From NCBI GenBank assembly GCA_965237525.1, contig CBDEFO010000007.1, positions 416,001 to 480,000 on the forward strand: a stretch of DNA of 64,000 bases, read 5' to 3'. The translations under genes and the position numbers were made by a program. Of this stretch, positions 1 through 10,437 are shown in pieces (the stretch's first letter is position 1; each line of letters begins with the position of its first letter). Source of the stretch: Candidatus Latescibacterota bacterium. Lineage in GTDB: Bacteria > Latescibacterota > CBDEFO01. The notes beneath the pieces were generated by a model. It was not told the origin of the DNA, ran no database searches, and saw nothing but the letters and a program-made list of their open reading frames with translations.

Positions 1-1415
1 TCAACCACACTCCTGTCTATAAAGATCCGTAGCTTGAGGGGCTCGCCGGCTTCGAGTTCGAACGGTGCCACCTCAGGTGGACGCGCGAGCACGTCCGGCA
101 ATAGTGAAGAGCGGGACGTGTCGATTACAAGGGCGTCCTGCTGGATTGCCTGTTCCTCTCTGTTCACCGTCAAGTGGCCGTGCCTGTAGAATCTGATGGC
201 TGTATACTCATCACTGTCTGGTGAGCGCAGGACATTGACGCAGACCTCCCGAGCGCCATTCGGATCGATTTCGGCAGCGAGCTCCATGGCGTTTCCTTCT
301 ATGCCCTCGAGCACGATCTCCCGGTTTGCGGGCAAGGAGGTCTCACCGACGTGTTTGCGGTCGAATCGGAGCGATTCGACCGCAGGGATGGGTTTCATGC
401 CCAGCGTGTTGTCCTCGCGCAGGGTCAGCAGGCGCACGAGAGACATGATGTGGTCCCAGCCCTGGGTAGGTTTGCCGTTGTTGATGTTATAGATGACGTA
501 CACACCTCCGGTGCCATCAGGCGTGGCCGATGGGGCATGGGCGCCGCCGGGCTCCATCGGTCCAAAATTGAACCGGCCGTGCGCGAAGGGTTTGAATCTG
601 TGATGTACCTCGTCGTAATCGCCGAGCAGATACTGTGAGCCGCGCAGGTGACTGGCGAACAATAGGATGTACCTATCGCCGATCGGCCAGAAGTACGGTA
701 CAGCGCCGTCCTCACCAGGCGCGGTGAAGATATCGCCCTCGACAAAGGGTCCGAGGTATGTCCAGCGGTTTAGATCCTGCGAAAAAAACAGATGCTGCAC
801 CATCCGGCAGTCGTTCAAGACCATCCCGTCCCAGTGTGTGCCTGACAGCGAGTAGTACCCGTCCTTTTCTTTCCAGATGCAGGGGTCGTAAACACGGTAG
901 GGCCGTCCCTTCTCGTCCGCCTGTATCAGGGGGATAACGGGGTTGCCGGGGATTTTCTCCCAGTTCAGGAGCAGGGGATCGTCTGACACCGCGACCATGT
1001 TGCCCGCCCGCGTGCCGTGGTACATGGCGATGACACGGTCTTTCTCCACGAGAGTGCTGCCGCTGAAACAGCTTCTTTCTATGCCCGGATAGATGGCCAG
1101 GGGCAAGTCTTTCCAGTGCACCAGGTCATCGCTTACCGAGTGGCCCCAGTGCTGGCGCGGGTCTTCCGGAGGGTAGGCCTGGTAAAAGAGGTGATACCGC
1201 CCCTGCCAGTAACACAACCCGTTCGGATCGTTCAGATTGCCCTCGGGATTGACGTAATGATAGATCGGCCGGTAGGGGTCGGAGGACAGTCGTTTGCGCG
1301 ACTCAGCGAATCGCATCATCAGTTCATCAGTTTTCAGTTGTTTCACCTGCTCATCTTGTGCGGTTGCGTAGATGCGCTGCGGGACTTTTGAGGCAAAATC
1401 CATCTGTGTACTCAT
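1..1415 (-). CDS. Glycoside hydrolase family 32 (beta-fructofuranosidase/levanase-like), runs off the window edge
   Basis: Manual translation from ATG at 1415: MSTQMDF...PYRPIYHYVNPEGNLNDPNGLCYWQGRYHLFYQ...HWGHSVSDDLVHW (GH32 NDPNG motif), ending LKLRIFIDRSVV at the edge. Absent from the ORF track because its stop lies outside the window. Confidence 0.92.
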   Translation of the reverse strand, partial: MSTQMDFASKVPQRIYATAQDEQVKQLKTDELMMRFAESRKRLSSDPYRPIYHYVNPEGNLNDPNGLCYWQGRYHLFYQAYPPEDPRQHWGHSVSDDLVHWKDLPLAIYPGIERSCFSGSTLVEKDRVIAMYHGTRAGNMVAVSDDPLLLNWEKIPGNPVIPLIQADEKGRPYRVYDPCIWKEKDGYYSLSGTHWDGMVLNDCRMVQHLFFSQDLNRWTYLGPFVEGDIFTAPGEDGAVPYFWPIGDRYILLFASHLRGSQYLLGDYDEVHHRFKPFAHGRFNFGPMEPGGAHAPSATPDGTGGVYVIYNINNGKPTQGWDHIMSLVRLLTLREDNTLGMKPIPAVESLRFDRKHVGETSLPANREIVLEGIEGNAMELAAEIDPNGAREVCVNVLRSPDSDEYTAIRFYRHGHLTVNREEQAIQQDALVIDTSRSSLLPDVLARPPEVAPFELEAGEPLKLRIFIDRSVV

Positions 1416-2115
1416 GTAATCATCCTTTTCGTCTGATATGAAAATTAGCCGTTCTCATCGGCAGAGGTGAAGCCGCACTTCATAGTAAACTAAAGACCGC
1501 GAGACGAGCGACACCCCTCTGCAGTACACCTTCAGCGACGTCCATAACGCCGACCTACCTGTGGTCGATGTCCAAAGGCACCACCTTGTGCACTACCGAC
1601 TTGAAGCGGGGTGTGTCGACCGTGACAAGGTGGACGAGAAGCTCATTCAGTGACTCCGTAAAGAAGGGACAGATACGCCGAACTGAGTGAGTGCCCGGTA
1701 CGGCCTCCGACGATATCGTATTGTGATACACCTTCCCGTCGAAGATATGATAACACCAGCCCTCCCTGAAAATACGACGGGACTCCAAAGGGATCGCGTT
1801 GCCCGTTGAACTGCACATGTAGCTCATCCTCGTCCTAAAGTTGTCGAAGCCCAGGCGGAAGAGGTGCCGTTGCAAAAGTTCCTGATGATGTATATGGCCG
1901 AGAGTGCAGTAGCGGACGCCCATAATTTCGAGCACATAACATCCACCGCCAGCTTGTGATGACGACTGGCTGGTACCGGGGGGCTCTTCCAGTATAGAAG
2001 CATTTATTGTGTTGTCTGCTGGACCAGGCTAGTCGGGAACCGCCTTCGTTCGATCAGGCGGAACCGGACGCTCTTTGTGGCTCAATTGGCCATTTGTCGG
2101 CGACAGCCATCAGAC

Positions 2116-2330
2116 TGTAGTGCCCCCCTGAAAAGCGACACCAATTAAGTAACCTGGGGTAGCAGATAGAATGGTTTTCTCCACTCTTGTGGGGTCTTAT
2201 GCACCCATCATGAAGTCTGTTGAGAGGATTCCAAAGCTGTTAGCCAGATACACTCTTGCTTAAGCGTCCTGAAAAAGGGATCTACAACACTGTTCTAATT
2301 GTCCCCACTTGTGCTGTTTTGGGTCCCTGC
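2116..2330 (-). mobile_element. IS3-family remnant (terminal IR plus degraded transposase C-terminus)
   Basis: TGTAGTGCCCCCCTGAAAAGCGACACC at 2116 resembles IS3-type ends; minus strand 2276-2241 reads FFRTLKQECIWL (integrase-core motif); no long ORF. Confidence 0.55.
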
Positions 2331-2739
2331 TATTCGACTGTCAGCACCTGCTACTACCCCCAACAGATGATCCAGCTTTTCACAATCTTCGCATCCCTGC
2401 ATTCCATCAGGAGGTCTTTGATAGTCATATTTTTCTCTCACTTTTCGCAGTAATGGGAGGATAACGCTTTCTGGATCCAGTTTGAGTTCCTATACATTGC
2501 CGGAGATCGGCATATAAAACCTATTCTCTGACAAAAGATTATCGATTCCCTCTGCTGTTAGGTCGGTCTGAGGCTCGTAGTATAACAGACCAATCCTGGA
2601 TTTCGCTAAATGTGTACCAACTGACAGACGTACGATCTGAGTTATGACATCTTCTGTCACAGTCTCTACAATTTTGCGTATTCGTCAGTGTCGATCAATG
2701 CAGGAAGAAATATATAAAGGTGCAGATCAATTCGGTGGT

Positions 2740-2790
2740 AAGATACAAAAGAAGATTGGAGATGTCAATGAAATTGTGCAGCGGATCGCT
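2740..2790 (-). promoter_or_regulatory. Sigma70-type promoter module, copy 1
   Basis: Minus strand TTGACA-N17-TATCTT with adjacent conserved AATTGTGCAGCGGATC; homologous copies at 4248 and 7411. Confidence 0.6.
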
Positions 2791-2943
2791 CAGACAAACA
2801 ACAACTGCCAGTAGCTCTGGTTTAGAGCTCATTTTTCAGTGCGTACAACTTTTAGATCGCTTCCATAAACTGCGTGGGAATAGTTACGGCTGACCCGGCG
2901 CAGCTTGCTACCCGCCGTAGCGACTTCGACCTATGAAGCGATG

Positions 2944-3819
2944 TCAGCCGTACTGCTCGTGCAAACTTCGGAAGTCGCGATAGAACAGCTCGGCCGCACG
3001 TCTCAGGTCCTTCTGAAGTGATGTGTCAAAGTAGGTAAAGGCTTCGAATTCTACGCTGAGACATCCCTCGTAGCCGATGCTCTTGATCGCGTCGAAAAAG
3101 TCGGGCCAGTCCACGCAGCCCTCGCCAAGGAAGGGGAAGACGAAGGTGTCCCCAAGACTCTTGCCGGGGACGCCAGCAACGTCCTTTACGTGGCAGTGAA
3201 AGATCCGATCCGCAAGCTGATGGATGGTCCAGGAGACCGTGTTGCCATGCAGGGCCATGTGGGAAGGGTCGTAGTTCACGCCAAAGCAATCCGAGTCGTA
3301 ACGCCTCATCAGCTCGGCAAGGGTGTAATAGTCGCGGCAGATCATGCCGTAGACGGCCTCTACAGCTATCTTGACGCCAGCTTGCTCGGCGACCCGAATA
3401 ACGCGGTCATATGCATTACAGACCATTCCCCAGGCCTCGCCCTCGCTAATCTCCTGATGGAGTGTTGGTGAGCCGATCCTCATGAACGGCGCCGGGCCGG
3501 TGAAGCAGTTAACGACGCCGATCCCCAGATCGCCGGCTGCGCGCAGGCAATCCACGGTAAGCTGGATTTCTCTGTCCCGCACAGCGGAGTCAAAGTGGAC
3601 GAATTCACGCTGTACGACCCACTCCGAGATCGTCAGGCCACCGGCCTCGGTCACGCGCACAAGGGCTTGCATCTGTGCTATGGTCATAGTCTGCGGGTTC
3701 AGGTGACGCATGGAGTATCCGATGCACTGGTAGCCAATCTCTGACAGCATGGCCACGACTTGCTCGTCGGTCATCGAGCCCTGATCCAGATTCAGAAAGA
3801 AGCCTATCTCGTTGTTCAT
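2944..3819 (-). CDS. Sugar phosphate isomerase/epimerase (xylose isomerase-like TIM barrel)
   Basis: 291 aa; AVE, NYDPSH, HCHVKD, LGEGCVDW and SVEFE metal-binding motifs. Confidence 0.9.
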   Translation of the reverse strand: MNNEIGFFLNLDQGSMTDEQVVAMLSEIGYQCIGYSMRHLNPQTMTIAQMQALVRVTEAGGLTISEWVVQREFVHFDSAVRDREIQLTVDCLRAAGDLGIGVVNCFTGPAPFMRIGSPTLHQEISEGEAWGMVCNAYDRVIRVAEQAGVKIAVEAVYGMICRDYYTLAELMRRYDSDCFGVNYDPSHMALHGNTVSWTIHQLADRIFHCHVKDVAGVPGKSLGDTFVFPFLGEGCVDWPDFFDAIKSIGYEGCLSVEFEAFTYFDTSLQKDLRRAAELFYRDFRSLHEQYG

Positions 3820-4247
3820 GACGTACCTTTCTTAAAGTCCAAAGCCGCTTTTCTTAAAGCCCGAAGCCGCTTTGAAATATGCTGGCTGAGGTTCGAGTTC
3901 GAGTACGAAGCACCGGTCTCGTTCCAGTTAGAGCTCTTGTCTCGGCGCCACGTGCTTGCAGATACTTTCGTCGCTTTGCGGATAGGTTGCCCTGCACCAA
4001 TCCATCGCCATCCTTCATCACCTCCGCAGTCTGGATGTTATGGTTGGCAGGGGTATTGTTGACTTTATGCGCTTCTGCGAGCTACATACGGTATCATCAT
4101 ATCTCAAACTTCCTATCTCTCACAGACGTCCTTGCGGGTTCTTCAGATGAACTATGTATTATAGTCCATCGTATTATAGTGCATCTAGGGCCGCGTGTAG
4201 CTTCTGTTCGGGCAGAAAGATAAAAAGGTGTTGGTCTATTTGCTGGG

Positions 4248-4295
4248 AAGATACGAAATCAGGTGGTGGATGTCAATGCAATTGTGCAGCGGATC
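4248..4295 (-). promoter_or_regulatory. Sigma70-type promoter module, copy 2
   Basis: Minus strand TTGACA-N17-TATCTT, upstream of 2944..3819. Confidence 0.6.
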
Positions 4296-4351
4296 TTGTG
4301 ACCGACACACCAGCGAGTTCTGATCACAGTACTGAAAACCGACCCGTGAGC

Positions 4352-4378
4352 CAGTTCCACTGCAACGCTTTGTTAGGT
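4352..4378 (-). other. Possible attC left half-site
   Basis: Minus strand ACCTAACAAAGCGTTGCAGTGGA downstream of the IolH-like gene; resembles the CCTAACAAGACGCTGCAC start of the attC at 45147; no right half seen. Confidence 0.35.
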
Positions 4379-4472
4379 CGCTCTCCGATGCTCGTCAGCG
4401 ATACCAAAAGCAAAATACACGATCATTATGATTGATAAATGGGGATGCTGAGCTGCACTGTTCTTGCTCGGC

Positions 4473-5369
4473 TCAATTGTCCGTCCAATACTTATCCACA
4501 TACTGCTGGATGCGTTCGCGCATGAAGCGCGAGGATTCGACCGCCCGGTCTGGCAGATAGGCAAACGCTTGGCTGGTCATGATCCCGTCGAAGCCGACTT
4601 CGGCCAGTGTTTGGAAGAAGAGATCCCAGTCGATCTCTCCTTCGCCAATGTCGAGATGTTGATGAACCCGAGCTGTAGAACCCGCAGGGTTGACCACATA
4701 GCGCCAGCCAGCTTTGTGGTTGAAGGTATCGGCCACGTGGACGTGGGCCAACACGGGCGCGGCGTGACGGATCATCGCGGCCATGTCATCGCCCAGATGA
4801 AAAGTATGCGGCGCACAGTAGAGATACTTCACCATTGGCGAGCCGATTGCCCGGATAATGTCCACCGCCAGGTTGTTGTCCTCAATAAAATCGTCCGGAT
4901 GTGCCTCCAGGTGCAGGGGAAGGCCCTTGCTCTCAAAGATGGGAACGAGTTCGTCCATTGACTTCCAGAACGCAGTTTCGCACTCCTCTGCCATCTCAGG
5001 TCCCACTCGAAAATTGGACCTTTGCGGCGACGGCCCTCTGTCGAATATGGAGTTCACTGTCTGGCATCCCACCTCGACGGCGATGTCTATGGCCCGTTTC
5101 CAGTAGCGCACGGCTGCTTCGCGCTCGTCTTCGAACGGGCTTGCCCAGCGATACGCCACCAGGGCCGAGACCAAGTCGACGCCGCACTCTCGCAGCCCCT
5201 CCTTGAATGAGCGAATGCGATCGTCGTTTGCCCGTGGCGGGTTGTATTCCGGAAAAAACTCATCACGTGAGCAGAGCTCAAGGTTCTCAAAGTCCATCTC
5301 AGCCGTTAAATGAGGGAGCCTTTCAAAGGGGACATCAGCGTGGCAGAAGGGATCCAATGCAATCTTCAT
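4473..5369 (-). CDS. iolH: IolH-like sugar phosphate isomerase/epimerase
   Basis: 298 aa; MKIALDP start, EAHPDDFIE, YLYCAPHTFH, HVHVADTFNH and HQHLDIGEGEIDW typical of IolH. Confidence 0.8.
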   Translation of the reverse strand: MKIALDPFCHADVPFERLPHLTAEMDFENLELCSRDEFFPEYNPPRANDDRIRSFKEGLRECGVDLVSALVAYRWASPFEDEREAAVRYWKRAIDIAVEVGCQTVNSIFDRGPSPQRSNFRVGPEMAEECETAFWKSMDELVPIFESKGLPLHLEAHPDDFIEDNNLAVDIIRAIGSPMVKYLYCAPHTFHLGDDMAAMIRHAAPVLAHVHVADTFNHKAGWRYVVNPAGSTARVHQHLDIGEGEIDWDLFFQTLAEVGFDGIMTSQAFAYLPDRAVESSRFMRERIQQYVDKYWTDN

Positions 5370-5413
5370 TTGTTCATTCCTTTGCGAAGGGGTTAAAATC
5401 GACAGGTACTTAA

Positions 5414-6932
5414 AAGCCTTGTGAAATAGTTATGTCCCAGGCAGCGTCTGAAGCGCCGATTATGGGTCAAAGAGTAGCATATCGTATCGTTTTGCTGTGG
5501 AATAAGCAAAATAGTCTTATCAGAGTTCTGGTCAGCAAGGAACAGGAGCTGTTTGAAGAACAGGATGCACTGTCTTTGACAGACAGGGCACACATAGACG
5601 CTTTCCCCCTTCTTATGAAAGATACAAGCCTCTTGAGATTCTGTACTGTTGCAACAAGATTCAACTGTTCATTCAGTGAGGCTGGTCCTCTATAACGGGC
5701 TCGTCCCATACCGTGTTGTTGCCTGGCTTCAGCAAAGATATGTTCACTGCGTTTACGGAGTCTCCGGGAGAGTTTGTAGTCAGCTGTTAATGAGATAGAC
5801 CGTGCATGATTTCTGGCTTTCGCCTCTCGCACTTTTCTATCCCGTTCGGCCTGAATATGTGCTGAATTTGTCTTGTTTTTCCATGTAGGAATCGGTTCAA
5901 TCTTCTCATCGGCTCGCAGAGGAATATGGGGTATGATTCCCCGGTCAAGTACATCAGCGATAAAATTACCAGAACCGTAACCGGTATCGGCACTAAGTGT
6001 CTGAATGTCTTTGGGCATGGTGTATGTTTCAAGGTCATCTACCATCTTAAGGGCACTTTCGGGCTCTGCTGTCCCTGTCGCCTGCGTGCCCTGAGTCTCA
6101 AGGATTACTCTGCTTTTTGTGTCGATCAGATCATGGCCCATAAACGAGAGAAAAGCCCCTTTGCCCTTCGATTTGCTGTATAAGCGCGCGTCAGGGTCTG
6201 TAGTCGAACGGTGTGTTTGGTTCGTCCACTTTTCACCATGAAAGTCTTTATCCTGAGGATGCCCGGACCTACCCTTTGTCTTATCACCTTCAAAACCGAT
6301 TCCCTTGAGATAATCATCAAGAGAAACAGGGGGTTCTATCGGCTCAATACTTTTCACTGAAGCATCAGCTTGTATCTGAGTGCCGTCGACACTAAGGTGT
6401 TTACCGCTCACAAGACCGACATCTATGCAACACTGGACTACCTGACGCATTATCCGTTCAAACAACCCACTGGATGCCCACTTGTGATTGCGAAGCTTGT
6501 TGATCGTGCTCCTATCCGGAACCGCATCATCAAATGTCTGATGACAAAACAACCGATATGCCGCATGCATCCCCACTTCCTGACAGAGCCGATTCTCACT
6601 CAAATTATACAGATAGCCAATAAGGATCATTCGAACAACTAATTCAGGATCAATACCGGGTCTGCCATTGTCAGGGCAATAACAATCTGATACAACGTCT
6701 CGTACAAATGAAAAATCAACTGCCTCATCAATCTGACGAAGGATATGATCCTCGGGAACTAAATCCTCCATCTGAAAATAGTGAAACATCGGATTTGTCT
6801 GTTCCTGCTTTTGTGGGGTCATTGTTTCCTCCATGTATAATATTATCAATAACATAATATAATACATCGGAGCTGCTTTATCAATGCTTGTTCTATACTA
6901 CTTTCTGAATCTAAGGGTTTTTCACAAGGCTT
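5414..6932 (-). mobile_element. IS1182-family insertion sequence, apparently intact
   Basis: IRs AAGCCTTGTGAAA (5414-5426) and TTTCACAAGGCTT (6920-6932), flanked by TTAA on both sides (5410-5413, 6933-6936); lower GC than flanks. Confidence 0.9.
5467..6822 (-). CDS. IS1182-family DDE transposase
   Basis: LVPEDHILR, GRPGIDP, SVDGTQIQADAS, TDPDARL, ADTGY and EHIFAEARQQHGM motifs; start chosen at MTPQK (ORF track starts at 6867). Confidence 0.92.
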   Translation of the reverse strand: MTPQKQEQTNPMFHYFQMEDLVPEDHILRQIDEAVDFSFVRDVVSDCYCPDNGRPGIDPELVVRMILIGYLYNLSENRLCQEVGMHAAYRLFCHQTFDDAVPDRSTINKLRNHKWASSGLFERIMRQVVQCCIDVGLVSGKHLSVDGTQIQADASVKSIEPIEPPVSLDDYLKGIGFEGDKTKGRSGHPQDKDFHGEKWTNQTHRSTTDPDARLYSKSKGKGAFLSFMGHDLIDTKSRVILETQGTQATGTAEPESALKMVDDLETYTMPKDIQTLSADTGYGSGNFIADVLDRGIIPHIPLRADEKIEPIPTWKNKTNSAHIQAERDRKVREAKARNHARSISLTADYKLSRRLRKRSEHIFAEARQQHGMGRARYRGPASLNEQLNLVATVQNLKRLVSFIRRGKASMCALSVKDSASCSSNSSCSLLTRTLIRLFCLFHSKTIRYATL

Positions 6933-7079
6933 TTAATGAACTACTAATGAACTACTATATGTGGGTACAGGGAAATTCATTCGATGCCGATTTGCTGCAG
7001 GAAAACGCGGGTGCGTTTGGCGATGGGCAATGGTCTGTCGAATGGCCACCGCATTCATGTCCTACTTGACGCTGGCAAG

Positions 7080-7165
7080 GTTGTTGTAGTCGAATTCATA
7101 CAGCACGTTCCGGAAGGCTAAGAAGTTGACTGTGCCCTTCGGCGGCTCACAGAACATGTCCATAG
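7080..7165 (-). pseudogene. Fragment of an IolE-like/TIM-barrel protein C-terminus
   Basis: Minus strand reads MDMFCEPPKGTVNFLAFRNVLYEFDYNN; lies upstream of the IolH-like gene, across the IS. Confidence 0.35.
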
Positions 7166-7410
7166 CTCCATTCGTAGCTGGCATTCGTAGCTGGCGGGGC
7201 TACCTCATCCAGGAGCCGCTGGCATGGTATCAGCTTTGGATCGCTTGGAAACCGCATGCCCCAGGAGTCCGCTGGACCTCCGATTGTGACATCCCCTGTC
7301 ACAGTGCATATGTAATTTCCATTTGGCCATCTATCAGCAACCCTATGGGCACTTGCAGCTTATATTTGCGAGGAAGGATCCGACGGTAGGGTATTGCTTA
7401 ATCAGCAGTG

Positions 7411-7460
7411 AAGATACGAAATAAGATTGTGGATGTCAATGGAAATTGTGCAGTGGATCG
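7411..7460 (-). promoter_or_regulatory. Sigma70-type promoter module, copy 3
   Basis: Minus strand TTGACA-N17-TATCTT; ~90 bp similar to 2740-2830. Confidence 0.6.
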
Positions 7461-7760
7461 CTCTGGCTAACAACGACTGCCGGCAAACCTGGATTAGATC
7501 CCCGCAATGTTGGAAGGCTCTGACATTCCCGTAATGTTCGAAGGCTATGACATTAACGAAGTGTCCTCCTTGCGGCATCGCATGGTGTTCCACGAGTCAA
7601 GTTCGGTTCAAACCCTTCGTCGTCCCCTCGTTTCAGTTCTTGTTCAGCCTCATGTGATCACTCATTTCTGAAAGCTTGCTCGATCTGCATACGTCGCTTT
7701 GCACCTACTCGACCGATACCTCTGAGACAACTGAATAGCCCGTTGTTATGCATTTTTGGC

Positions 7761-7794
7761 TTGACTTCTGGATGCTCCGATATTATTTTGGGGG
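7761..7794 (+). promoter_or_regulatory. Sigma70-type promoter
   Basis: TTGACT-N17-TATTTT then GGGGG; closely similar copy at 29027. Confidence 0.5.
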
Positions 7795-7850
7795 ATGCGG
7801 ATACGACAGCCGTTGCATGAGACTAGACTTCGGCAGGATGTGGTGAAAGT

Positions 7851-8654
7851 TTGGGTATTCGAGCAGGTGATCCCGCATCCTGTGGTGAAGTTCTAGGTAG
7901 TTTTCGGGTTTCACGCAGCAACTGGCCGCCTTATAATCTGGAAGCACGGCGCCCCAGGAATCAGAGCGGTCGGGAATCTTTATCGTTCAAGCCGACGGCG
8001 CGAAAGAGTATCGTTGGCCCGCGGATTGCCGTCTATGCAGCTACGGCGACGCCGGTGGATCGGCGCGAAGGTCTGCCTGTGCGTTGGCTTCCGGAAAGCT
8101 ACGAGATGCTCCGGGGTTTTGCGGCGGGCAATCTTGCCGCTGGGGCAGACGGCATTAACACGTTTAACTATTTCCTTGCCCGCCATCATCGTCCCGTGAC
8201 GGCCGAGGAGTTCTACGGTGGTCTGCGGGAGATGCGTTCGCTAGAGCAGGCCCGCAACAAGCCACGAATCCACGTAATCACCGCTGGCTTCTCGTTGCCA
8301 GAATGCGACATGCCCGAGCAGGTGCCCGTGCTCATCCGCGCCTGGAGAGAACGAAAATTTGAGATGCTGCTGGCTGCGGAAAGCCAAGGTGCTGAAGTGA
8401 CCGTGCTGGTGTACTTTGAGGGCGAAAACGGTCCCGACGATATGTGGCTCAGGATTGGCCTTCATTCCGGCAGAGAAGCCGTGGAAATTCGAGAAGGTCC
8501 CGAGGGAGATAAAGAGGATAAGTCCAGCCGCAAGAGCAAGATCGCGGTATTCAACGTACCGCCCGGCGACATCAAGGATGGAAGAAACGAACTGATCGTA
8601 CGCACGGGGAAAGTCAGCACCACGATACTGGGCATCGATGTGGATGTGCGCTGA
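7851..8654 (+). pseudogene. C-terminal fragment of a GHL10/DUF187-like putative glycoside hydrolase
   Basis: EMLRGFAA...GADGINTFNYF and terminal DGRNELIV..I.GIDVDVR parallel the C-terminus of 29286..30758; first ~55 codons look non-coding. Confidence 0.55.
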
Positions 8655-8732
8655 TGTTGTCGGTTACTCTTGGATGATCGGGGGAGTTATAAGTATACGT
8701 ATAAGTAAAAGCTGATAAATAGCTTGGGGGTC

Positions 8733-9125
8733 TGGTTCCACTACGCCAACGTGGACGTGATCGGGGACAAGGTGTTCATAAGCTACACTCGTGGTACGCC
8801 TGTAAAGGGAGTTACGGAGGAGAACCTGAAGAAACAGGAAACCGTAATGCGCATCTATCCGCTGGAATGGTTCTACAAGTAGTTTGAAGTGATTGGTGCC
8901 TGCGTGTGACAAATACCGATATGCGCAGAGATGAGTATAGAAGTAAACCGAGGTCAATTCCCTGGTGGGAAGCAAATACAATCTCAGACCGGGCAGACTC
9001 CCACTTGGTATAATGCAGGTTCCTTCGGGCCTTTAACTACAGGAGTTATAAGATGAAACGCATTGCAGTTTTGAGTGTTGTCAGTCTGATTGTAGCGGTT
9101 TGCCTCGGGAGGCAATGTGGCAAAC
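8733..9125 (+). repeat. Direct repeat of 10117-10510 (sialidase 3' end + spacer + RBS + signal peptide)
   Basis: TGGTTCCACTACGCCAACGTGGACGT...GAATGGTTCTAYAAGTAG and the following ~240 bp align with 10117-10510. Confidence 0.9.
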
Positions 9126-10266
9126 GCCGGTCAGGGAGCTTGTCTTCCGCAAGCCCGTCCCGGAGGGCGTCGTGGAGATAAAAGGTTTCAACGTCCCTCT
9201 CGGCGGCATAGTTGAGCTGAAGGACGGCTCGCTAATACTTTCTCAGGGCGGCGGATTTCGCATCTCGACCGATGGCGGCTTGACCTGGGGCGAAGCTCTG
9301 CCGCCGAAGGCGAAGATGAAGAATATTGTGGGTCTTTTCCGACTCAAGTCCGGCGCGTTGGCAATTTATGGACACAATATATCCATAAACGATAAAGACT
9401 GGCTCTTCTCTTTGTCGACCGATGAGGGTAAGACCTGGAGCGAGCCAACGGCGATCTGCCCGCTGTCATTTTCATTGATGAATCACAGCATGGTTCAGCT
9501 CAGCAGCGGTCGATTGCTGCTCACCTTCCAGCAAGGCTGGGCCGGAGCGCACCCGGACCTGGATTATCATGAAAAGTCGGCGTACGGCCTCTGGCGGGGC
9601 AAGCGCATTCAGATAGAGGGTCACGGCCACATCCCCCGAGTTTGGGATGTCAGTCGTTTTTCGTTCTCGATAACGAGGGTAAGAACTGGAATAAAGATGT
9701 TGCTGGCAGATTGATGGGGTGGTTTGACGCCGAGGGCGTACCCAATGGCCGCGACGGGCAGACGAGCTGTTTTGAGCCCACTGTCGCGGAGACTAAAGAC
9801 GGAGGGGAAAACTGGTATGCAGTGACGCCCAGCCAGCTTGGCCAGTTCAGCGTCACCTGCCGTTCTGGCTCGTATCCCCCAGACCGGAGACCTTCTGGTA
9901 GTCTGGAACCAGGTTTCGCGTGATGAGATTCGACTGGGCCATCGGCGAGGTCGGTTATCAGTCGCCATTTCCAGGGACGGTGGACACAGCTGGGAGCACT
10001 TCAAGACTCTTGAACTAAGCGACGGTCTCAGAGACATTTCCCACCTACCTGGCGAGTACCCAATCCAGATGGTGCGAGCTCGTGACTGGGTCGGCCCATT
10101 ACCGGACGGGTGGGCCTGGTTCCACTACGCCAACGTGGACGTCATCGGGGACACAGTGTTCATAAGCTACACTCGCGGTACGCCCGTAAAGGGAGTTGCG
10201 GAGCAGAACCTGAAGAAACAGGAAACCGTAATGCGCATCTATCCGCTGGAATGGTTCTATAAGTAG
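9053..10266 (+). pseudogene. BNR-repeat sialidase-family protein, frameshifted
   Basis: Signal MKRIAVLSVVSLIV; Asp-boxes STDGGLTW, STDEGKTW, DGGENW and SRDGGHSW distributed over ORFs 9100, 9642 and 9838, joined by frameshifts. Confidence 0.85.
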
Positions 10267-10437
10267 CTTGAAGTGATTGGCGCTTGCGTGTCGCAACGAG
10301 CAATATGCGCACAGATGAGTATAGAAGTAAACCGGGGTCAATTCCCTGTTGGGAAACCAGTACAGTCTCAGGCCTGGCAGAGACTCACTTGGCATAAAGC
10401 AGGTTCTTTTGGCCCTTTAGCTAACAGGAGTTATAAG

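Noticed and set aside
196..1391. Several short ORFs in the track, mostly plus strand
   Set aside because: Shadows of the GH32 gene, which the track misses because its stop lies outside the window.
1555..1935. 126-aa minus-strand ORF
   Set aside because: No convincing motif; may be a frameshifted GHL10-like C-terminal shard, but support is too weak to call.
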